A stretch of DNA of 62,513 bases, the filler included, from Choristocarpus tenellus KU-1152 (lineage: Eukaryota; Protista; Phaeophyceae), in assembly GCA_964200185.2 (NCBI GenBank). It is 13 parts of 13 records of this genome, joined end to end, with 100 filler letters (N's around TTAATTAATTAA, not from the genome) between each part and the next. Parts side by side here need not be neighbours in the genome. Positions count along the whole stretch, not along the records: positions 49,306 to 52,151 come from CAXNAD020024244.1; positions 52,252 to 54,879 come from CAXNAD020026149.1; positions 54,980 to 62,513 come from CAXNAD020006002.1; 10 more parts are not named here. One strand, 5' to 3'. Position 1 is the stretch's first letter, and each line of letters opens with the position of its first letter. Below are positions 49,700 to 61,800 of the stretch, one piece after another. The notes under the pieces were generated by a model. The model was not told the origin of the DNA and searched no databases. It saw only the letters and a list, made by a program, of their open reading frames with translations. The translations under genes were made by a program, and so were the position numbers.

Positions 49700-51950
49700 G
49701 TGCCACAGGTTTCCAGTAGCTTGTGTGAGTTGGTTAGAGAGGAACTAAATGTTGGTGACAGCTGGGATTCAGGTCAAGGTTGTGTAAGCCACAATTGGAA
49801 TATTACACCAGCTGCTCTTGGGGTGCCTGAAGCACTGTTGTCAACATATGTACTTGTAGATCTTCATATCCAATCTTCTGTGTGTATTAGTATTTTGGAA
49901 AATTGTTGTTGCTATTTCCCGACTGATATTGATGGTAATTGCAGTATACTCTATTTTACAACCTCTTGATTTTTTCTGTTCAACTGGTACTGTTGAAAAT
50001 TTTATGATCTTTTGTCAAACTCTATACACTTGGTCCCATGAAATCTTATGAATACTGTATGAACCTTTGCTGCTTGTATAGGTTGTAGTAAATATGAAGG
50101 GAATATCTTGACCATGTTGTCATGTACAGTGCAGTTAGTATTGGTGTTGTGGGCACTAGAGGGGATGGTACACAGGACAACACATATGGGCACGGAGATA
50201 TTATAGCTGCCTCCTCTGCTTGCACAATCGAGCACTATATTGTAGTGAAGCTCGCCTTGAGGATGTCACCTTAGGTTCAAACCTCTCGTGACAGTCCCAC
50301 GAAGAATTGCACGCCTTGTGGCCAACTTGGGACTCAAAGCGTAGGGGGGGGGAGCATACAAGTGGACATGTGGAATGACGGTAAGTAAAAGATGAGTATA
50401 AATAGTAATGCTTTGCCCATACCCAGAGGGGTAGGTGCCAAGCAATGCCAATATATACTCCAGTGTACAAACCACAAGTATGGTACATTGTGTCGATTGT
50501 TAACAATGATGTATTCGTGACAGAATGGTGCTGATGGTACAAGCACAGTTAGGGGTTTATGACCCTTTTCCCTCTCGCCTGTGTCTCCCCTGGAGTTCAA
50601 ATCTATTTCTGAAATACTGGTTGACACTATTTTTGTTTTGTTGTTATTTACGTGAAGAATTCAAACTATTGTCATACAATTCCCTCAAGAATGTCCAATG
50701 ATCCTAGGGGCACTTGAGTAAAAGTATCTTAGATGGTAGAGCCCCGTCCGTTTGGGCCAAAATCCAATATTACGATTGTGATGTAATTTTGGCTATAGAT
50801 TCTGTTAGGAAGTGTCAATATCTTTGTTCAGGACACAACTTTTCATAACATACACATTTTATCTACTCTAGAATTATTCTAGAGTAGGCAAAATGTCATG
50901 AAAAAAACGTGGGAAGCCAAGCCCCAAATGGGCAAATACTTTCACTAACTTGTTTGATATTCTCTGTAAAGTTCAAAGCTCATTTCCCATTATTGTGTGT
51001 GGGACTTGTGATAGGTGCAACGTGGCCATAAAGTGAGATATGCTATAAATATTTTGATTTTGATACCTGTTGAAGTCTCGTTCGCTTCCTGCAATTGTAT
51101 CACAGTTTTGGTAGCGCTCGTCATAGAGACTTCCTGACCATATCTCCAGATGTTCAGCTCATTAGTTACATACGAGTGCTTGTGTGTGTCCACCCTTGCA
51201 ACCAACCACCAAATGTTAACCCCTGTGTGGATCATGACCCATCTCTCCTTTCCATTCACAAGATGTTTACTCAGGGTTTGATATGAGGTCGACAATTTGC
51301 CATGTGCTTGGCATCCATGCATGCAGGTTAAGGATGTCACTAAATTGTGATTTTGCTACGAAGTTGTTTGCAAAAATTGTGTCACACCATTGAACTGTGC
51401 AAATTGTGTGGGAAGCTGGAAGATTGCATGCAGTTGACTATTCACAATTTAGATGATGAGCATAGGGTTCTGAATATAGGGATGAGTCGAAGTCATTAAG
51501 GCTAATCTGTGTGTGCACTAAGAAGTATCTAACCCTATCCCCCAAAAGAGTGACACCTGATCAGTTGGGTATTGCTGGTTCAGCTTGTTCAAATCCCAAG
51601 ATATGTTGCACGAGAAGAATATTGTACGGCAGAATATTTTCATATTCCTGGCACCTTCTCAAGATAGAATCCCTGTGGCATGTTGAGTACCGCGGGGGAT
51701 GTTCTTCCTTGCAGAAGGCGTGAAATGAAGAGGGATTTATCGCTTGAAGAGGAGTAAGGAAGAGGGTAGAACTCGAGGTAGTGAAGATCATATTTCATGA
51801 AGTGAGAATTTGGAGCGACTGTGTACCTGCAAGCTTGTTAAGAAGTAAGAGTGAGGTGGCAAGCTTAGCCCAAAATCTTGAAATATTTCCTCTGATCGTT
51901 GTTGTAGGTGTGTTTCGGTCAACCATAGAATAGTGGCATGAAGATTGGTG
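49700..51950 (-). pseudogene. Possible heavily decayed non-LTR retroelement
   Basis: Weak fragments only: RATYLGI (RT domain-7-like KYLG) near 51600 and HSTCPL near 50365, in the order expected for a LINE. Many stops; interrupted by a MITE. Confidence 0.22.
50716..50946. mobile_element. MITE family B copy
   Basis: Starts GAGTAAAAGTATCTTAGATGGTAGAG; internal hairpin CTACTCTAGAAT-T-ATTCTAGAGTAG; far end degenerate. Confidence 0.72.
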
Positions 51951-51957
51951 TCACTTA

Positions 51958-52115
51958 GGCTCAATACATCTGGGGGGGGGATAGTGGTTGTTCATTCGGG
52001 GCCCATTTTTCCATGTTGCGATATTTGGTTGCATGCTTCGGATGCATAATGTAAGTGCACTTCTCCTGGTCAGGGCCCGAATGGGCACCCTGGTGTAGAC
52101 CCCCCCCCCCCCCCC
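51958..52115 (-). mobile_element. MITE family A copy
   Basis: TTA|GGCTCAATACATCTG...GTAAGTGCACTTCTCCTGGTCAGGG... Confidence 0.78.
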
Positions 52116-52151
52116 ACACCGCCACATTTCGACCCCCTTGTTTATTCTGTT

Positions 52152-52251
52152 NNNNNNNNNNNNNNNNNNNNNNNNNNNNNNNNNNNNNNNNNNNNTTAAT
52201 TAATTAANNNNNNNNNNNNNNNNNNNNNNNNNNNNNNNNNNNNNNNNNNNN
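52152..52251. other. Artificial contig spacer
   Basis: 44 N + TTAATTAATTAA + 44 N. Confidence 0.98.
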
Positions 52252-52299
52252 TTGTGGGCTCAGCTGGGTTTAGTGGGTGGCTTGGGGGCGGGGGGTGGG

Positions 52300-52472
52300 G
52301 GGGGGGGGGGGGGGGGGGGGGGTCTACACCTGGGTGTCCATTTGGTCCAAAATCAGGAAAAGTGCATTTACAATATCATTCCGACGTATGCAACCAAATC
52401 ACCCCAAAATCGCAACATGAAAAAACTGACCCCAAATGGACAGCCGCCACCCCCCCTCAGATACTTTGAGCC
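52300..52472 (+). mobile_element. MITE family A copy
   Basis: Gn-TCTACACC...GTCCATTTGG...AGATACTTTGAGCC|TGA. Confidence 0.8.
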
Positions 52473-53726
52473 TGACCTTGACATCATTGGGAAGTTTGGG
52501 ATCACGGTTGAGGGGCAGAGTACAAGGAAGGTCAACAAGCCAACAAAGTAGTACAGGTGGTCGGTGGTACGAGCCGTACAAGTATATGGTTGAAAGAGAA
52601 AAGAAGAGGTTCATGGAAGAGTGCCACACACCAGAGTAACTGTGATGCCTGGCGTATATCCTGCTAGATCAGTATCTAGGGCACCTCAAGCAGATCAGGG
52701 CACACTCATACATATTCACCACTTCCTGCTGAATGTTGCTTTTCTTATTGTTTCCTTGTATTGGGGTTGAATATCGCTACCTTTCTTTTTACTTCGTGTG
52801 ATATTTAGCGAGATATGTTCGGATTGGATAGATAGGGTGTGAAACCTAATCTGATGTGTCATGACGTAATGCTTTAACTATCACAATTGTTGAGTAGGTT
52901 TCCCTTGCTTGTCATTCCTAGCTACTGTACATTCACTTTTTATCTTAGTGCTCTTTGATCATAGGTTGTATTTCTCTAGTACCTGTCATTCATTGCTTTT
53001 CCTGTGAATACCTTTCAATCGGCATTATTATAACATTCAGATCAACAGATCAAAACTGTACACTCGATAAATATGGATATCTTTCCACACAGCGAATCAG
53101 AGTGAAGAGGGTTCACCATTGGGTTTCTCGTGAAGAGTGGGCCCTGTTGGACATTTCAATGCCAGTAATTCATAAAGCAAAAATCCAGTGCGAAGCAAAA
53201 TGGAGAGGCGTCCCATAGGGGATTTAATATCTGCCCTTCCTCGATCACTGGTGATGTTGTTTTCAACTGGATGTGTAGATGATCAACGTGTTGTAACTTC
53301 TAGGATCGTTTATGTGGCAATGAGAGGCTGTTGAAGCCATTTGGTGCCCGCTTTGAAGCCAAAATAGTGGAGAACTGTCTCTGGCATGGAGGGCCTCACC
53401 TTTTAGTTCAGATATGGGGTGGCGTTTCATCGTAATTTGCACCGTTCTCTGGTTGTAGTGCATGTATTTGAGAATTGTGTGGCTCGAAATAAAGGTCTGG
53501 TGTAGGTCTTACAAGCCTTGGGTGTAAGTAAAATGTGATCTGAGCACTGTACCAGTAGAGGGCCTACTTTGGGCTGGAGAAGTACCGTTTGCTCTAGGGA
53601 TGCTGTGTTGAAAGGTTTAGATGTTCATACTGTTTGATCCCTCAAAAGAAAAGTGTCCAGAACGTGTAAGACTCACATGATAAGAATGTGTCACCGTTTC
53701 TCAAAATCGATATCAACTCTTGCACA

Positions 53727-53883
53727 TTTTGGTACACTCGATAGAGTGATACTGACATGTGAATAGTTCTCATTGGTTTACCCCCTGACACATCTGAAAA
53801 AAACAAAATGTAAGAGAGCATAATAATATAAATGCAGAGTAATAGTGCTCTAGAGACCTGTCACTCATATCGAGTGTACAAAA
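53727..53883. mobile_element. Short TIR element carrying the family C module
   Basis: TTTTGGTACACTCGATAGAGTGA vs TCACTCATATCGAGTGTACAAAA inverted ends. Internal CCCCTGACACATCTG...GCATAATAAT is shared with 373-552 and 61689-61730. Confidence 0.6.
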
Positions 53884-54489
53884 CTCACCGCCTACTCACT
53901 AGAAATAAGAGTACTCTGATTGGTGTAATAAAATAGTAATGCGACTTGGTTTAGCGAGCGGTCCATACAAAGTGTGTAACATCATTTTTTTTTTCACCAT
54001 TTTTGACTTCTCGTGTGTGTTCTAAACTGAGAGAATAAATGACATTGTGTATGGGTGATTCAAAACTTTCGATGAAACCTATCATAATTCATTGAAGTAC
54101 AGTGGGTGAGGTAGCAAGATGTCCTAACTGATGAGTGGTCCCACCAAAGGCAACCTTTTTCGGGGATACTCTTCGTTTGCATCCTCTTGTGTCCCGCCTC
54201 ACTAGGAACACTTGACCTGATGTGTGTGAGAGTATTATATGTATGTTTTGAAGGAAAAGGGGTTAAAGGGTTGCCAAGACCACTATAAAGTGAGGTATAT
54301 TCTGTATCACTATATTTTTGCCTGTTCTTTTGTGTATGCATACATATATAAAAATATGTACGTATGTGTGTGTGCATGTGTAGATACACGCTCCTCCTGT
54401 AAACAACCATAGTCCTCAGATGGTATCCCCCCTCTTGCCTTTCTTGGCAGTATCCCATGCATCCATCTTCATCCAGGAGTTGCGTAGGA

Positions 54490-54665
54490 AACCGAACAAG
54501 GAGATACATAGTGTCTGTGTCCAGCCTGTTCCGTTTCGAGGTCGCAATATTCTTAGGTATTGAGAACGTACTCTGAGTCTCCTTGTGTAGCAAGAATGAT
54601 TGGAAAGTTGCAGTCAAATTGGTCCAGGTGTGGAAATAGTGATATCCCTTCCAGCCACCACTTGA
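54490..54665 (-). pseudogene. hAT transposase C-terminal dimerisation-domain relic
   Basis: Two frames join to SLFPHLDQFDCNFPIILATQGDSE / FSIPKNIATSKRNRLDTDTMYLLV, matching the hAT consensus FPxLxxxAxxxLxIPATSxxSERxFSxxxxIxTxKRNRL. Confidence 0.68.
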
Positions 54666-54781
54666 TTGAATGAGTTTTTGCAAGATCCACTCTCAACATC
54701 ATTCTTTGTCCCTTGTGCTCTGTGCTCCTTCACAGTACCTAGACCTTACAACTCTGCCTGCTTCAAAATATAAGCATCTCT

Positions 54782-54879
54782 GAGTCAAAGTATCTGAGAG
54801 GGTAGAGTCGCGTCCATTTGGGGGTCAAAATCCAATGTTCCAATTTTGATGTAATTGACTATCGTGTTTTTTAGGAAGT
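54782..54879. mobile_element. MITE family B end at contig break
   Basis: GAGTCAAAGTATCTGAGAGGGTAGAGTCGCGTCCATTTGGGGGTCAAAATCCAATG. Confidence 0.8.
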
Positions 54880-54979
54880 NNNNNNNNNNNNNNNNNNNNN
54901 NNNNNNNNNNNNNNNNNNNNNNNTTAATTAATTAANNNNNNNNNNNNNNNNNNNNNNNNNNNNNNNNNNNNNNNNNNNN
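54880..54979. other. Artificial contig spacer
   Basis: 44 N + TTAATTAATTAA + 44 N. Confidence 0.98.
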
Positions 54980-56481
54980 ACTGTCAGAGGGCCCAATCCC
55001 CCCCCCCCCCCCCCACAGCTTCCACCTCCCTTAATTGAGCCGTCCCCCAGCTGGTAGATACGGCAGGATCGGTCACTGCTTTGTGTTGCCATGTACTTGC
55101 AGAGGGGATCCCATGCTGTACCCTTGAGGAGGAATGAGGTTTGGAGCAATTAGACACAAGCCAGGGTGGAGGTTGGGGATATATTCAGATGCAGATCTAC
55201 TGTGAGATTCAATTGCTCCTCATAGTTGAATCATATCCAAACAGTAACATGGAAGGTTTTGGACGCATATGCATGCAATACATGTAGGTGATGCCTCCAA
55301 GAGTTCTTTGAATATAGAAGTAATGTTAGGACTACGATTTACTAGGACCCTCATGAGTTACCAGTCACTCCACATTGAATATGACTGTGATTTTTTTGTG
55401 ACTTTCTCTGTTGGGTAGCAGTGCAATACATGTTACTCTCAGCAGCAGTTGAGGCACCCAGCGATGACCACATGAACGAAGTTGCCCCCCATCCTATACC
55501 TCCCAGTGTAGAACTTTGAAACAAGCATGGTATTCAACAAGCATGAAGACATCATGGTACCAACTCGCCAGTGAACAAATGGAAATACAGAAAAATATTT
55601 ACAACACTCAGACTCAGACCCTCTAGGCATGCAAAAATGCTCAACGGATTGAATTTCAGAAAAAAAAACTACAATTCCCAGACCCAGACCCTCTTGACAT
55701 TTACAAAAGCTCTACAAGGATTTCTTACCCTGTGCAGACAATCTGATACCATCAGAGCCTAGCGCTGAGGGAGTTGGACCTCACCTGGCAGGACTTTCAG
55801 GGGTCAATCTACTTATAAGAGGCGGGAGTCCACCCCCTGTGGTTTGCAAAAAAAAAGACTGAAAATATTGAACGGGTTAGTGAAAGTGGGTCAATTCACC
55901 TGTACATAGTTTGTATGGTCCTCGAGCGTAGCAGCTGACCGCTTGGTGGCCACCTCCCACACATGTGCGCGGCGATCTATGGAGCCACAGGCAATATATC
56001 TGCAGTCGGGAGACCAGGTTAAATCATAGATGTCTTCCTGTGCCCCTCTGAGAATAACCTTTTTGGTTTCTCGGTCTGATTGAAGGTTTCCCCACACTTC
56101 TATATTAGTCACACTCCAAATGACGATCGTTCCACCGTCGCTGGCACTGGCAAGACTGAGACCGTTGGGGCTGAATCGGACAACATTGACTCCACGCTGG
56201 TGGCCTCCCAAAGACACTACAAAAGCGTGCAACCCACGGGACACATCTGGTTTATCCCAGCTCTTCTCTTCCTCTTCGTTTGGTCGATTCACCAGCCACA
56301 ACCGCACTTCTCCATCGGTACCTGCCGTAGCTAGGAGGAATGCCACGCCGTCAGATGTGTCCCCATCAACTGGTGTTCCCTTGCGAGGTATGGGCAAAGG
56401 GTGGAAGTCGATTGATAAGACGGGAGCATTCTTCCCCGCCTCCCCACCGTGCCACGTTATCTGTGGAGTGTCTATCAGCAT
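54980..56481 (-). CDS. CHAF1B: Chromatin assembly factor 1 subunit B (p60/Cac2/FAS2), WD40, 5' part
   Basis: Exon 56481-55900 and exon 55122 to the contig edge, joined by a phase-0 intron. Motifs: MLIDTPQITWH...PVLSIDFHP, HQRGVNVVRFSPNG..LASASDGG, EDIYDLTWSPD, GSID, HTNYVQ|GTAWDPLCKYMATQSSDRSCRIY. QIxWH and YVQGxAWDP favour CAF-1B over HIRA. Confidence 0.9.
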
Positions 56482-56695
56482 GTCTCCTTCTCGTAATAAG
56501 CCAGGCGTGATCTTGGGGCCAAGTCTCACTATGTAGAAAGGCAGGTCCAACTAAATGAAAAGGAGAAATTTGAATTCCTAGAAGAAAGAAAGGCCTTCCT
56601 AGGCAAAGAAAACCATTGTAATATGCGCTCACACTGCCTTCATCTTAGACACATCCTTGCATTTAATATTTCAGGTTTATCAAGAGAGTGTGCGT

Positions 56696-56728
<33 letters not shown>

Positions 56729-56753
56729 GCAGGCTGAGATCATTGCAATAGTC
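56482..56753. promoter_or_regulatory. Putative bidirectional promoter / shared 5' region with (GA)n tract
   Basis: 272 bp between divergent ATGs (56481 on minus, 56754 on plus); (GA)n at about 56695-56728. Confidence 0.45.
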
Positions 56754-58800
56754 ATGGGTGCTACGCCACCGAGAGTGAAGATCTGGGGATTCAATTTAGC
56801 ATGGGTATCTCTTCTACTTCTGGGATCGTTTCAGTGCTCAATGGCGTTCATACTCAATGGTCGTACACTCCGCAGTCCGACATCCCACCTGACTAACGGA
56901 TATCTTACGAGCCAAGGAAGAAAGATCGAGCGACCTCGGAAGGGTCTTCGAGCGCTAGAGGCCTCGCTGCCAAAGGTATGGTTCGCGCCTACCTTTGTAC
57001 CTGGGCACGTTCACACACGACCATCAAACCTCAACTTCATGTCACAATTGCTTTATCGAAGCATTCATACGCTACAAAATGAAGCATATTCGTGTAGTTT
57101 CCCTTCCAATATTAGATCTACCCTTGTAACTTTCGTACCCACTGGGGCACCATGGCAGGATCTTGAAGGGAGCGAGCGCCTGGAGAGATTTCTAGAAGAT
57201 TTCGAAATTCTCGGCCCCATGCGATTTGTGAGTGTGAAGGAGGGCGCCATCCTGGAATGTGTCGGGAGTTTTGAGAACTTTCGCAGTAGCGACCAGTCAA
57301 AGGGAAGGTCAGTTGTAGTCTTAACTTTGATTTTGACCCTTTACATACTGAGTCGGAGAGGCCCCACTGTTCGACTGCTGTACTCCCATTACATCTTATT
57401 TGAAATATCTTTGCATCGTCTTTGCCCTTGATCAGCTGTTCTCCCCCACTCAATTTTACCCTCCTATATGCTGCGTAGCAGGTACTTGACTGTGTCAAAT
57501 GAGAGCGGATTTGAGTGCCACATCAACACAGATAAAGTCAAGGTGAGTCACATACTTACTGGATTCAATGACAGCACTACTGGATGTAAACTTTACATTG
57601 CCTGCAAAGGCAGTCAAGAAAGGAAGGACTCACTGTGCTTCGAAGTTGGAACAAATATTGATACCGTGCAGTTCTTGTGGCGCGGAAACCTTTTATGCCG
57701 TATGATGCGTGTCTCACTGATATAATTTATGGGATCAACCCCATCACTCCATTTAATTTAAACAATGTATGAAGAGAAAGAAAGTCCTGAGATTTTTTTG
57801 TGTTCTAGTGTGGCGATTTTGAACACAACATGCCCATTTCTGTTCAAGGAGGTATGTGTGTGCAACTTGTTTCTGCTTTTGTCCTAATGGGAATTCTGGA
57901 ATGCTTCATCAAGGTTGATTGGTCAACACTTTAGATGAAAATATTTCGTTCTTTGCATTGTCACTACCATATTTGCAAGATTGTACACTAAGCATGATCT
58001 TCAGCTCTATTCACAACCTGTCCTCAATCTGATGTTCCATTGACCTTCTCACTCGCCTTCAAAAGAAGAAACATCCCTTACCCTCTCAGGCAGTATGGTC
58101 GTGGGGCCAATTTGGTGGATGAGTATTTCATACATGAGTTGAGGTGTTTCATCTTCGGTCTAGTTACCTGTGCCCTGTTATGCAATATTTTGGGGGTATT
58201 TAAATTCAAAACCTTGTAATGGTGTATCCACTGGTGTAAAATGTTTGCAACTTCTGAGTTTACATCATGATTTTTGCAGCATTTCCCTCGGTATAGCTTT
58301 CCCCCATGCAACAAGGAAGTGGAATCATATTTGATTTGCAAAAGAAGGAAAGTGGACCCACTAAGATGCATCTCCAGCGGTCACTCGGTTAGTAATGTGA
58401 CTAGGTCTGAATTGTCACAACAGAGGGTTTGTTTTTTGTCGGGAGGCTTGTTTACAATCCCTTTCCATGGCATGGAATGATTGAAAAAATCAACTGCTCT
58501 TGGTTCTAGAGTATCCCCTGCCCTCCTTCTCCCTGATATGATCCAGCACAGACTAAGCCTTTTACGATTCCCCCTCATTCCCACAACCCCTTTCGTGATG
58601 TGTTTCAACAGTCTATCAGCATGGTCACGAAACCCTCCAAAGACGAGAAGTATGAGCTTTACATTACTCGCCTGTATGATGCCAAGGGAGATGTCATACT
58701 TGCAGCATTGATTCATGGAGTAGATGGTGTCTATGAGGAAGGTGCTGTCGAATATTGGAAGAAGCTTCGTGATGTATTTGGTGCTGAGCAAGAGCTATAG
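56754..58800 (+). CDS. ChuX/HutX-family heme-binding/carrier protein with bipartite plastid-targeting leader (complete, 4 exons, about 206 aa)
   Basis: Exons 56754-56975, 57159-57307, 57482-57542 and 58612-58800 (intron phases 0, 2, 0; all GT-AG). A hydrophobic signal ends SMA-FIL (ASAFAP-like) and is followed by an R/S/T-rich transit peptide. The mature part (LERFLEDFEILGPMRFV..GAILE..FECHINTDKV..ITRLYD..GVYEEGAVEYWKKLRDVFG) resembles cyanobacterial ChuX/HutX proteins. Confidence 0.8.
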
Positions 58801-61800
58801 GCCATCATGTGTGCGATCGGAGCTTAGGAAGAGAAGTTTTGGAGGGGTGAAAAAATTCTTGCCGCTGCAATATTGGTGCTTGTGAAATGTTTGCTTTGAG
58901 GATCCTCTTAGTTACGCTTGAGTTGTGACTTACTGCTGCTTGACTCTGGTGTAGACAGTGGTATTCCTTCACAAAAAGTTTACTTTTTTCTTTTCCTTTT
59001 GTGTAGAGTACTGCGCTCAGGGGCAGACAAAGGAGTCTAGTTAGTGCTGACTGAGTGTCCGATGCCCTGCCACCAATAGAATAGCCCCTTATGAGGGTGA
59101 GGTTCGCCCTACACTTTGATCTTTGGTCAGTGTAGAGTGTCCTCCATGACTGAACCTGTAAAGCACTCTCTAGAGAATAGACATATACAGCCTTGGAGTA
59201 GACATGATCATAAGCTGAGGTTTCAAGAGTAGATACACTCAGTGTGTGTAAGACTATGTAAAGAGAGAGATATACACACAACTGCGCGGTTTGAATTTTG
59301 TTGTGGAGAGTGTCATCGCCAAAGTAATAGATGAGGAGAGGGAAGGTGTTCGGAGGAAGCATAGTGCATAAACCTAACCAATATGTGCACTTGATTGGTT
59401 CTACTAGGAGAGTAGGGGAGTCTTCCAAGCATGTGCTGTCGTGAAGCCCATCCTCTCTCCAGTCTTTTCTATGTTAGTGTACTACAAAATGCATTTGTGA
59501 AATACTGTATAATATCGTGTATAGCTAACTTGTGGAAGGAGCTGGGTGCATCCTTGGCCAAGAGGAAGAGTGAGTCATGTAATGACCGCCAGAGTTGCAG
59601 GCAACGTATTTTGCATTGCTATTCAGTCTACTTTCGGTGCATCAAAGCAATAAGGACTTGCTTTGAGAGAGCACAATTTGCAAAGAGAGGTGGAACAGAG
59701 CAGAAGTCGCATTGTGTCCAGGACCGCAGGAGATAGGTGGAGATTGGATCATTATTTTTTCGTACGAGGAGTTTGATGAATCGTAAAGATTAAGGAAACT
59801 AGACATTGAGAATTCAAACCCAAGTAGTAGTGTGTAGACCGTCCTTGCCAATCAGTCTAGAAATCGCGAAATATTGCGCAAACAGTACCCGCCAATAGAT
59901 CGCACCAAATCTAGTGGTGTAACTTCAAAGTACAAGTTTATATTATGCGTATGTACATATATTTGATGACTCTTCACAATTTGCAGCTATTTGGGAGGTA
60001 CGAATTACAGCCATCTAGAATTACTGTTGCTGCGGAAGGTTCTTACACAATGTAGGGGTAAGGGCGTGTAACAGTTATTTTACTGTCCAAGAATGCTTGA
60101 TGAAGGCACTGACCAAAGTGTATGTTAGGAATGGTGCTAAATGTTGATTTTTTTGGAAGGTGCGCAGGCGCAATCCTTTTCTGGTCAACTGCAGGCAGAA
60201 TGGAATGGTTTATTTGGAAATGTACATCACAAGAAGCATTGTCTAATGGTTGCTGTTGCTATGGACTGTTTTTTGACAACTCTCCAATTCACCCCATTCA
60301 TATCCACCCACACCGTTAACCCTTCTTCCAACATGAGAGATATCAAATATACGTTGCATAATATTATTAGCAGTAATATGTGAATATCATGATTTTCCCA
60401 TGTCACCTCTACAGCACAAGTCACCTTGTTTCAGCTACGACAGAGTTGCTGTTGTTGTGTATATTAATCAGTGCAATAGAAACACTAAGGGATCCTACAA
60501 CTGTGGTTGAAAATATAGTCCAAACAAGGAACTCTGCACTCCTGGAGAAGGCATCAAGGACCACAAAAAGAAATGCAAGGCAGTGAACGAAAAAGATAGA
60601 ATCTCCAGTTGAAAAAAACACTATCAATCGAAAATAAGGTGACGACAAGAAAGAACAGCGAATGCAATAAAATAATCATAGCGAAGGATGCAGCATTCAA
60701 CAGAGAATGATGGTGGTGGTGTTGATGATTTGGGTGACCATAGCCTGCTTGTAGCCTGGCATACATTACCTATCACGACTTCCTTGGGATGTCACTCTGC
60801 AATGAAGCTCGCTATGCCGGCAGCCACACGCCTACAGTACTTCTGTTGGTCAGAGATCCTAGCGGTCCAATCCTCAACCATAATCCCAAACTTTTGAAGG
60901 TGGGCTTGGAGCCACATCAGCCACCTTGCTTCTGTCTTCCAACTGCAAGTTCCCCAAACATCAACACATTTGGACGTTGCTCATCCCCAATGGGTGCAAT
61001 GACCCAGCAAATAAGGATCTCCACTTGCGCACCGTTGCCTCGATAGCATCTTTGTGAGACAGGATATGATCCTTGGTTCGTCCTCGTTTATACAGAATCC
61101 AATACATCGGAGCAAGAAATCGTGATGATGAGAACGGAGCTTCCAATACAATTAATCTGGCGTGGTGTCCATGATGTCACACAAACATTTAACAGAAATC
61201 CAATTACCTCAGCATTGAGCATTCGAATCTTAAGCTCATGTGGTACACCTAACACCCTGTCATATAGTAGTTGACTGTATTTTCTTTAACTCAAAGCTTT
61301 CTGGATTCTCACAGTACACCACTGCATCATTACCGTCCCAAGCCTTTGGCATTCTCACTAACTCTAAGTTCATACTTGGAGTACTTCTGATTTCTCCTTT
61401 GCGTCATTTTTTTCCCTTTCCTAAAATAAGGGTGTGTTGTAGTGTTGCTAATCGATCGGTTTGATGGGTATATATTAGTTCGGTCAGAAACTTCCCACAT
61501 AATCTTGGTATGAGGTGAAACAAGTGCATATGGTATGGAATATGTGGTCAATTTGATACTTGATACTTCAACGTGTGCCTTGGAGGGGGATCTTCGTGGG
61601 TGGGACACCAACAGTATTGATGTTCTTAGGCAGGTGTGCTCATCATATCATAATTTTAATTAAATACCGTATTTTGAAACAATGGAAGTTCCCCTGGCAC
61701 ATCTGGAAAATGTCAGAGGGGATAATAATAAAAGATGTAAATGTCTATTTTTTCAGTTTTTTCCCACATGTACAAGAAAAGAACAAAATACTTATCTTTA

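Noticed and set aside
52480-52639. HMG-box-like helix PYKYMVEREKKRFMEE
   Set aside because: Only a short helix-3-like match next to a MITE, with no clear acceptor or remaining domain.
54128-54150. Hammerhead-like CTGATGA-GTGG-TC-CCAC-CAAA
   Set aside because: The conserved GAAA is CAAA and I could not find stems I and III. The CTGATGA motifs in the 48920-49125 repeat also lack the core.
16649-58800. Redox/metal gene cluster (tyrosinase, QOR, ChuX) or chromatin cluster (CBP, CAF-1B)
   Set aside because: The genes sit on different contigs separated by artificial spacers.
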